NCBI GenBank assembly: GCA_964534625.1
Contig: CAZHRF010000045.1
Location: forward strand, 1 to 23,487
DNA from: an uncultured archaeon
GTDB lineage: Archaea; Asgardarchaeota; Heimdallarchaeia; Heimdallarchaeales; Heimdallarchaeaceae
DNA length: 23,487 nucleotides
Direction: 5' to 3'
In this document: positions 9,655-17,207 of the stretch, piece by piece
How positions within the stretch are numbered: the stretch's first letter is position 1
How the letters are laid out: each line of letters starts with the position of its first letter
Made by a program: the position numbers and the translations under genes
The notes under the pieces: model-generated
Database searches by the model: none
What the model was told of the DNA's origin: nothing
The model's input: the letters and a program-made list of their open reading frames with translations, nothing else

Positions 9655-10044
9655 TAGATATCACGTTATTTATTTTCAATCAATATTATTTGTGATGTGG
9701 TATAGATACTTCAGTTTCATTTGTTAAACGCTTATTTATCAATTTTATGATACAGATTTAAAACTCTAATCTGTCTTAGAAGGATAATTTTTGAACTTAG
9801 ATACATCATCACAACGAGTATTATTGTCACTTGTTCATTTATCTTATAGTATTTTTCATTTTTTAAAAGATATATTTTTAATTAGCTCACAGACTTTCTT
9901 CGTTTTATTTATATATTAACTCTACGAGAAACAATTCTCCACAATATATTAAGCATTTTATTCTTTTCTCGCACTTTCATACTATCGTAATACTTTAATA
10001 AGATTCTTGCTTCTTTTTTATTAGAATTCAAATTGTGATGAACC

Positions 10045-10185
10045 ATGAGTGAAGAAGAAAAAAAGATGGATGAGAATTTAAAGAAAGAATTACTGGAAAG
10101 AACAGGTGAAGCTAGCTCTGATGTTGATGATGTAGCTAAAAAACTGGAAGGAAAAATTCCTACTAAGAAGAAAGAAGAAGAGTAA
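10045..10185 (+). CDS. Small charged hypothetical protein, 46 aa (MSEEEKKMDENLKKELLERTGEASSDVDDVAKKLEGKIPTKKKEEE); not in ORF track
   Basis: ATG preceded by GTGATG RBS-like sequence; purine-rich coding-like island within pyrimidine-rich intergenic DNA; followed by T/C-rich terminator tract. Confidence 0.7.
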   Translation: MSEEEKKMDENLKKELLERTGEASSDVDDVAKKLEGKIPTKKKEEE

Positions 10186-10460
10186 TCTCTCCCCTTAACT
10201 CTTATTCTCCCTTACCTTATTCTTTTTATCATCTTTATATTGTTTTAGGAAATCTTTTGCATACTATATTTGAAACCTCACTTTTAATTATCTTTTCTAG
10301 TGATTGATTTGCTAGTTTAATCCATTTTACTATTTTAGCTTTTGAATTCTTCTTCACGTCTTTTTGCTTTCTTTTATCCTTTTTCTCTTTTATGTAGCAT
10401 TCGACATCTTTTATAATTGATACTAAACTATTTTATAAGACGTTACATGAGGTATAATAT

Positions 10461-11024
10461 ATGAACGTAAGTGAATTATTTCCCGAAATAAAAGAGATAG
10501 AGAATGTAGAGTTACGCGAGAAAGTGGTTAAAAGCGTCGAAAAAGCTTTAGCTGTTGGCGGTTGGAACCAAGAAGATCTTGAGTACATCCCTTCAACACT
10601 CCTGATACCTGAACTGATAGGTCAAGACAATAAAGCTGTAGTAACCCTTATTGACCACACACGTATGGTTACCCAGTTATCTATGGCTGTATATGATAGA
10701 TACGCTGAAGTTGGTTTCGCTGATAAAATTGATAGAGATATATTAATTGCTGGTGGCATATTACATGACATTGGAAAATTTGTCGAGTATGAGAAAGATG
10801 ATACTGGTAAAATTAAACAAAAATTGGCTGGTAAATATTTACGTCATCCCGCTCAAGGCTTAGAATTAGTCTATGAATTTGACCTCCCTCTTAAAGTTAA
10901 ACAAGCTATTATGTTTCACAGTAAAGAAGGTGATAAGATAAACAGATTTATTGAAGTTGATATTATCCACCGTTGCGATTTTCTCTGTTTTGATCCCATT
11001 AAAAAAATCTATGAAAAAAATTAA
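10461..11024 (+). CDS. HD (HDIG) domain metal-dependent phosphohydrolase
   Basis: H...ILHDIGK...RHP...FH...D metal ligands; GAGGT RBS; TTTTATAA boxes upstream; first gene of operon. Confidence 0.85.
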   Translation: MNVSELFPEIKEIENVELREKVVKSVEKALAVGGWNQEDLEYIPSTLLIPELIGQDNKAVVTLIDHTRMVTQLSMAVYDRYAEVGFADKIDRDILIAGGILHDIGKFVEYEKDDTGKIKQKLAGKYLRHPAQGLELVYEFDLPLKVKQAIMFHSKEGDKINRFIEVDIIHRCDFLCFDPIKKIYEKN

Positions 11025-11052
11025 ATAAAACCTATAGAGGAATCAACTTGAA

Positions 11053-12189
11053 ATGAAAAAATACAATGTAGCCGTTTTACCCGGTGATGGAATAGGTAAA
11101 GAAGTTACAGATGCAGCAATGAAAGTTCTTGATGCTGTAGGATTTAGTGAAAAAGCCGACTATACTTGGGGTGATATAGGTTGGGAATTCTGGCGAACAG
11201 AAGGCAACCCTCTTCCTGATCGTACCATTGAATTACTCAAACAAGCTGATTGTTGTTTGTTTTCAGCTATCACCTCTAAACCTAAAGAGGAAGCAGAACA
11301 AGAATTAATCCCTGATTTACAAGGAAAAGGGTTGGTTTATTCTAGTCCTATAGTTAAATTAAGACAGTTATTTGATTTATATATCAATCTCCGTCCATGT
11401 AAAGCCTATGCTGGTAATCCATTGAATTTTAGAGACGATTTGGATCTTGTTGTGTTTAGAGAAAACACAGAAGGGCTTTATGTAGGCATAGAATTTCATC
11501 CAGTACCTGAATCCGTAATGAACAATTTAGTTGAGAATCATCCTAAAGCGAAACGTTTTGCTGAAGAAAAATTAGATGATTTAGCTATGTCAGTTAGATT
11601 GTTTACCCGTAAAGGCGTAAGAAGAATTCTTAAAGCCAGCATGGATTATGCTAAAGAATATGAGTATCCCACTGTTACCGTAGTCGAAAAGCCTAATGTT
11701 ATTAGAGAAACAAGCGGTTTAATGATACGTGAAGCTAGGAAGCTTATCAAAGAGTATGAAGGCAAAGAACTTTGGGAAACAAATATTGATGCTATGTGCA
11801 TGTGGCTAGTTAAAAACCCTCAAAATTATGGTGTTCTTGTTGCTTCTAATATGTTTGGTGACATCATTTCTGATCTTTGTGCCCAATTAGTTGGTGGGTT
11901 AGGTTTTGCTTGTTCAGGTAATATTGGTGATGACTTTGCTGTTTTTGAACCCAGCCATGGGAGTGCACCCAAATATGTTGGTATGAACAAAGTCAATCCT
12001 ATTGCTCAAATTTTATCTGCTAAGATGATGGTAGCATGGCTTGGAGAAAAAGAGATGGCAGAAAAAATGGATAAAGCTGTTGCAGCTGTTATCGCTGAAG
12101 GAAAAGTCAGAACCTATGATATGGGTGGGAAGGCAACAACAACAGAAATGGCTGACGCCATCTGCGAGAAAATCAAGGAATTGAACTAA
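11053..12189 (+). CDS. Isocitrate/isopropylmalate dehydrogenase family, homoisocitrate-dehydrogenase-like, NADP-type cofactor motif
   Basis: PGDGIGKEV, YSSPIVKLRQ, NLRP, RENTEGLY, KPNV, NMFGDIISD, FEPSHGSAPKY, RTYDMGG. Confidence 0.9.
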   Translation: MKKYNVAVLPGDGIGKEVTDAAMKVLDAVGFSEKADYTWGDIGWEFWRTEGNPLPDRTIELLKQADCCLFSAITSKPKEEAEQELIPDLQGKGLVYSSPIVKLRQLFDLYINLRPCKAYAGNPLNFRDDLDLVVFRENTEGLYVGIEFHPVPESVMNNLVENHPKAKRFAEEKLDDLAMSVRLFTRKGVRRILKASMDYAKEYEYPTVTVVEKPNVIRETSGLMIREARKLIKEYEGKELWETNIDAMCMWLVKNPQNYGVLVASNMFGDIISDLCAQLVGGLGFACSGNIGDDFAVFEPSHGSAPKYVGMNKVNPIAQILSAKMMVAWLGEKEMAEKMDKAVAAVIAEGKVRTYDMGGKATTTEMADAICEKIKELN

Positions 12190-12249
12190 AACTTGTTCCT
12201 TGATATCTTTTTTTACTTTTCTAACAATTCTTTGAGATGAGAGCAACAA

Positions 12250-13512
12250 ATGACAGGATTAACATTAATAGAAAAAATCATTAAAAATCATTCTTCTTCT
12301 GATGATATTGATATCTACCCCGGAACAATTGTTTGGGTAGATTTAGACCTCGTGACTGCCCGTGATTATGCGGGACCACAAGTAATTGACCTTTTTGAAA
12401 CAAATTATTCTGATGCTGAACCTTTTGATACCAGTAAAATCATTTTCACTCCTGATTGTTACCCTTATGGTAATGATCCTAAACACGCTAAAGATCAAGA
12501 AAAAATACGTGTATTTGCTGATAAATATAATATACAAGTAACTGATTTAGGTTCAGGTATAGGTTCACATTTGATTTTTAGACGTGGCTTTGGTAAACCT
12601 GGAGATATAATCATTGGTGCTGATAGTCATTATAACATTCTTGGTGCTTTAGGTATATTAGGGCAAGGAGCAGGTGATGTTATGCTTGCCTTTGCTTTTA
12701 AGACGGGAAAATATTGGATTAAAGTACCTGAAACCGTTAAAGTAGTTCTAAAGGGCGAATATAAGTGGCCTACGACAGCTAAAGATTTAGCTTTATACGT
12801 TTTAAAACACTTACATGAGCATGGTGTAACAGGTAAATCTATAGAATTTTATGGTGATATTATTTCCAAGTTATCTATTGAAGATAGAGTAACTCTCTGT
12901 TCCTTAATAACAGAAGCAAGTGGAATGATTGGTTTTGTTCCAGCTGACCATATTACAGCTGAGTATTATGATAAATTGGGTATACCTATTGAGCAAACTC
13001 AAGCTGATGAAGATGCTACCTATTCTGATGAGATAATAATTGATATTCAAGATTTAGGTTTGCAAGTAGCTTGTCCTCCTCACCCTCACAATGTTAAACC
13101 CATTGAAGAGGTACTAGGTACTGAAATTAAATCTATTATCATAGGTAGTTGTACTAATGGTACCTATATGGATATTGAACACGCAGCAAAAATTTTGGAA
13201 AACAAAAAAGTTAATCCTAATGTGCGTTTAGCTGTTATTCCTGCTACACGTGGAGATTTTATTTCTTCCCATAAATCTAATCCTATGACTAGAATTCTTG
13301 AGGCTGGTGGAAACTTTTTTGGTGCAGGGTGTTCAACCTGTGCTAAAGGTCAGTATGGTTTAACTGGCGGTGAAACAGCTGTTACTTTAACTACTGGCAA
13401 TCGAAATACTCAAGGCAAAATTGGTCCAGCTGACGTTTATCTGGCCAGTCCTGTTGTTGCAGCTGCTACAGCTATTGCTGGTAAAATAGCCAAACCTGAG
13501 GTGAAAGATTAA
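12250..13512 (+). CDS. LeuC/HacA-type aconitase-family large subunit (divergent)
   Basis: GADSH, AKD, GSCTNG and GCSTC [4Fe-4S] cysteines, NRN, YLASP. Confidence 0.88.
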   Translation: MTGLTLIEKIIKNHSSSDDIDIYPGTIVWVDLDLVTARDYAGPQVIDLFETNYSDAEPFDTSKIIFTPDCYPYGNDPKHAKDQEKIRVFADKYNIQVTDLGSGIGSHLIFRRGFGKPGDIIIGADSHYNILGALGILGQGAGDVMLAFAFKTGKYWIKVPETVKVVLKGEYKWPTTAKDLALYVLKHLHEHGVTGKSIEFYGDIISKLSIEDRVTLCSLITEASGMIGFVPADHITAEYYDKLGIPIEQTQADEDATYSDEIIIDIQDLGLQVACPPHPHNVKPIEEVLGTEIKSIIIGSCTNGTYMDIEHAAKILENKKVNPNVRLAVIPATRGDFISSHKSNPMTRILEAGGNFFGAGCSTCAKGQYGLTGGETAVTLTTGNRNTQGKIGPADVYLASPVVAAATAIAGKIAKPEVKD

Positions 13513-14036
13513 TGAAAGACACACAAACAAAACTTGAAGGAAAAGCAAAAGTAGTAAAAGTTGATGATATAGATACGGATCAGATTTTTCATGCTTCGTT
13601 ATTAACAATCCATGAACCGGAGAAAATTAAGCCACATATTTTTGGCAATCTTGAAGGATTTGAAAGTTTTGGAGCTGATAATCACGAAGAAGAGATTCTT
13701 ATAGTAGGTAAGAACTTTGGTAAAGGATCTACCCGTCAACAAGCAGTGACTGGTTTTCTTGCTCATGGTATAAAAGCTATTATTGGCGAATCTTTTGGAC
13801 CTATTTATTATAGCAATGCGGTAAATGCTGGACTTCTTTTAGTTGAAGCCCCAGGTATTACTGATTTTACCATTGAAGATGGTGATCTTTTAGAAGTAGA
13901 TTTTGAGCACTCTAAAATAATAAATCAAACCAAAGACAAAAGTTTAGAGTGTAAGTCTATTCCTCAACCAGTTATCGATATTATGGAAGCTGGGGGTTTA
14001 CTTGAATTAGGTAAAAAAATGGAAAAAGGTGATTAA
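13512..14036 (+). CDS. LeuD/HacB-type aconitase-family small subunit (divergent)
   Basis: DIDTDQI, GKNFGKGSTRQQA, SFGPIY, AGGLL; TAATG stop/start overlap with the large subunit. Confidence 0.88.
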   Translation: MKDTQTKLEGKAKVVKVDDIDTDQIFHASLLTIHEPEKIKPHIFGNLEGFESFGADNHEEEILIVGKNFGKGSTRQQAVTGFLAHGIKAIIGESFGPIYYSNAVNAGLLLVEAPGITDFTIEDGDLLEVDFEHSKIINQTKDKSLECKSIPQPVIDIMEAGGLLELGKKMEKGD

Positions 14037-14037
14037 T

Positions 14038-15894
14038 ATGAGTAAAACATTTGCAGAAAAATTATTTTCTTTAAAATCTGGTGAAGACGCCTATGCTGGT
14101 GATATAGTCTTTGCTGAACCAGATTTGGTATTATCACATGATAATTCAGCATCGATTATGAAAACTTGGCAAAAGATGGGCGGAAAAGAAATCAAATATC
14201 CTGATAGACTCGTTATTGTCTTAGATCATGATTCTCCTCCTACCAGTGCGAAATTAGCCAATGACCATCAAATAATTAGAGATTTGGTTAAAGACCAAGG
14301 TATAACTAATTTTTATGATGAAGGAACAGGTATTTGTCATCAACTTATGTCTAATCATGCTCTCCCTGATATGCTTATTGTAGGTTCAGATTCACACACT
14401 TGTACAAGTGGAACCTTTGATGCTTTTGCAGCGGGTATTGACCGTACTGAAACCGCAGGGCTCTGGTTAACTGGAGAGACATGGTTTAGAGTGCCAGAAA
14501 CTATTAAAATTACATTAAAAGGTAAACTTCAACATGGTGTCTATGCTAAAGATATAGCTTTGTATTTGATGAACCAAATAGGTGCTTCTGGATCTACTTA
14601 CAATTCAATTGAATTTCATGGAGAAGGGGTTAAAACTTTAGGTATATCAGAAAGAATGACTCTGGCTAACTTAGCTTCTGAGATGGGAGCTAAAAACGCT
14701 GTTTTCCCTCCTGATGAGGTGTTAATTGAGTGGTTGAAGGACAAGCATGGTGACGCTTTAGACATACCTAAAGAGGATATGCTTTGGGCAGATGAAGGAG
14801 CCACATATATCAAAGAACTAACTGTCGAGTTAGATAAACTTGAACCTCTTATTGCTGTTCCTCATCAAGTTGATAATATAGACTTTGCCCGTAAATTAGG
14901 CGATGTAAATATCCATCAAGCGTTTTTAGGTACATGTACTAATGCCCGATTAGATGATTTGGCTATTGCTGCTGAATTACTTGAAGGAAAGACAATTCAT
15001 TCTGGTATGATCTTTCTTGTTGCTCCCGCTTCCCGTGCAATTTATCTGGAATCTCAAGAGAAAGGATATATTCAGACTCTTACTCGAGCTGGTGCTACTA
15101 TCTTGACTTGCAGTTGTGGTCCTTGTTTAGGTAAAGGGCAAGGCATACCTTATGATGGTGCTAATGTAATTTCTACTGCCAACAGAAATTTCTTGGGTAG
15201 AATGGGTAACAAAAATGCTTTTGTTTATCTTGCTTCTCCAGCTACTGTTGCTATATCGGCTTTAACAGGGAAAATTACTGATCCTCGACAATATATTTCA
15301 AGTGCTGAAGTAAAAGAAACAGGTATAGAACTTAGACAAAAAGAAGAATTTGTAACAGTTGAGATTGAAGCTTCTGATGACCGATATAAAAATAATGTAT
15401 GGAATTATAGCGATGTAAATGATTTTAATACTGATCAAATGTTTGCTGGCACACTTACTTATGATATCAAATCTTCTGATGGTGAAAAAATCGTTGAGCA
15501 CTTGTTTAAAGGGTTAGATGAAACCTTTGCTGCTAGAGTGTCAAAAGGTGATATCATAGTTGCTGGCGAAAACTTTGGCTGTGGATCATCCAGAGAACAT
15601 CCTTCTGTGGGATTGGCTTTTGCAGAAGTTAAAGCTGTTATTGTTAAATCTGTTTCAAGGATTTTTTATCGCTCTGCAATCAATCAAGGTTTGCCTATTA
15701 TTGTCCACCCAGATTTTGTCGAAAACTTAAATCATGACGCACCTATTGAAATTTATCTAAAAGAAGGAACCATAGTAAATGGTGAAAATAATTATTCTTT
15801 CTCCAAACTCCCTAAAGACCTGTTAAAGATTTTTGAAGCGGGAGGATTAATAAATTACTATCAAGAACAATATTTAACTCCGGAGGAAAATTAA
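14038..15894 (+). CDS. Fused LeuC-LeuD (homoaconitase-like) dehydratase
   Basis: HDNS, DH, GICHQ, GSDSHTCT, GTCTN, SCGPCLG, NRNFLGRMG, then NTDQ, NFGCGSSREH, RIFYR in one ORF; ATG 14038 follows an AGGTGA RBS. Confidence 0.92.
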   Translation: MSKTFAEKLFSLKSGEDAYAGDIVFAEPDLVLSHDNSASIMKTWQKMGGKEIKYPDRLVIVLDHDSPPTSAKLANDHQIIRDLVKDQGITNFYDEGTGICHQLMSNHALPDMLIVGSDSHTCTSGTFDAFAAGIDRTETAGLWLTGETWFRVPETIKITLKGKLQHGVYAKDIALYLMNQIGASGSTYNSIEFHGEGVKTLGISERMTLANLASEMGAKNAVFPPDEVLIEWLKDKHGDALDIPKEDMLWADEGATYIKELTVELDKLEPLIAVPHQVDNIDFARKLGDVNIHQAFLGTCTNARLDDLAIAAELLEGKTIHSGMIFLVAPASRAIYLESQEKGYIQTLTRAGATILTCSCGPCLGKGQGIPYDGANVISTANRNFLGRMGNKNAFVYLASPATVAISALTGKITDPRQYISSAEVKETGIELRQKEEFVTVEIEASDDRYKNNVWNYSDVNDFNTDQMFAGTLTYDIKSSDGEKIVEHLFKGLDETFAARVSKGDIIVAGENFGCGSSREHPSVGLAFAEVKAVIVKSVSRIFYRSAINQGLPIIVHPDFVENLNHDAPIEIYLKEGTIVNGENNYSFSKLPKDLLKIFEAGGLINYYQEQYLTPEEN

Positions 15895-15897
15895 CAC

Positions 15898-17202
15898 ATG
15901 AGACTATACGAATACGAATCTAAACAGATATTTGAGAAATATGGTTTAACTATACCCTCTCAAATTGCTGTTATCGAACATACAGATGATATTGATAAAT
16001 TGGATCTATCTATCCCTTTCCCTGTCATGGTTAAAGCCATGGTACTTATAGGGGGAAGAGGTAAAGCTGGTGGAATTAAAAAAGCGAATGATATCCAATC
16101 TCTCAAAGAAAAATCTTCAACTATTTTTGATCTTTCTATTCATGGTTATTCGATTGAACAATTATTGATAGAAGAAGCTGTAGATATTGCTCAAGAAATT
16201 TATCTTTCTGTTACTACTGATCCCGAAACCTTTGATTTGGTTTTAGTTACCAGCGCTAGTGGTGGTGTTGATATTGAACAGATAGCTAAAACTAAACCTG
16301 ATGAAATCTGGAAAAAGAAGTTATTAGATAATCGTAAAGAATTATCTGATACTATAGCAGATGAAGCTGTTCAGTTTTTACTTGAAAAAAATTCTTCACT
16401 CAAAGCTGCAACAAAGGAACTCAAAGCTGCCATTAAATCGTTATTTTTTGCTTTTCAAGATATTGATGCCAAGATATGCGAAATTAATCCTTTAATTGTT
16501 ACTCCTGCTAATGAAGTCATTGCAGCTGACGCTAAAGTCGTTTTAGATGATAATAGTTTGTATAGAGAAGCTGCTTTACTAAAATCAATAGGTATAGATC
16601 CTCGAAGTAAGCGTCATGATGTAGCGGAACAGACAGTTTTTGAAGAAAGAGCATATAAAATTGGTTTTCCCTATGTTGATCTTTTAGATACTCCTTCTGA
16701 ATATGTAAAGGATGAAGATAAATTATATGTGGGTATTGTTCCTGGTGGGGCTGGTTACGGTATTTTTTCTATTGACGAAGTAGTCAATGTTGGTAACAGA
16801 TATTTTGATGGTAAAGTTCTTCCTATCAATTTTATGGATAGTGGGGGCGGTCCCTCTTTAGATAAAGTTGCGGAAATGTTTCATCTCTTAATGGATCATC
16901 CAGCAACAGATATCGTTATTACTAGCCGTTTTGGTGGTATCTCTAGTTGTGATGTATTTATTCGTGGTTTAATTCTTGCTCTTCGAGATAGGCATATGAA
17001 TGATAAACGTATGTTGCCTGTTTATGGTCGTATGGTTGGTACAGATTTAGCTGCCGCACGAGCTTATCTTGAAAAAGCAAAAAGCGAAACACCCGAACCT
17101 TTAGCTGACCTTCATATTACAGTAGGTAATAAGAAAATTATGGCAGAGATTATCAAAGATGGTATCGCTTATGGATTTAAAGTTAAAGGAGAAAAGGAGT
17201 GA
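15898..17202 (+). CDS. Succinyl-/citryl-CoA synthetase beta-like subunit (ATP-grasp acyl-CoA ligase), divergent substrate domain
   Basis: MRLYEYESK, KAMVLIGGRGKAGG, SGGVDIE, EINPL, ADAK..LDDNS; C-terminal GAG, NFMDSGGG, FGGI..CD. Confidence 0.88.
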   Translation: MRLYEYESKQIFEKYGLTIPSQIAVIEHTDDIDKLDLSIPFPVMVKAMVLIGGRGKAGGIKKANDIQSLKEKSSTIFDLSIHGYSIEQLLIEEAVDIAQEIYLSVTTDPETFDLVLVTSASGGVDIEQIAKTKPDEIWKKKLLDNRKELSDTIADEAVQFLLEKNSSLKAATKELKAAIKSLFFAFQDIDAKICEINPLIVTPANEVIAADAKVVLDDNSLYREAALLKSIGIDPRSKRHDVAEQTVFEERAYKIGFPYVDLLDTPSEYVKDEDKLYVGIVPGGAGYGIFSIDEVVNVGNRYFDGKVLPINFMDSGGGPSLDKVAEMFHLLMDHPATDIVITSRFGGISSCDVFIRGLILALRDRHMNDKRMLPVYGRMVGTDLAAARAYLEKAKSETPEPLADLHITVGNKKIMAEIIKDGIAYGFKVKGEKE

Positions 17203-17207
17203 TAATT

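Noticed and set aside
9690-9814. TTGTGATG/CATCACAA inverted 8-mers upstream of sat
   Set aside because: Short, widely spaced and plausible by chance; no supporting structure.
11053-15894. Ordinary leuBCD leucine or lysine AAA biosynthesis operon
   Set aside because: No leuA/lysS/ilv/lysWXYZ genes in the window; an NADP-type motif, duplicated dehydratases and coupling to CoA-ligase/lyase genes argue against simple symbols.
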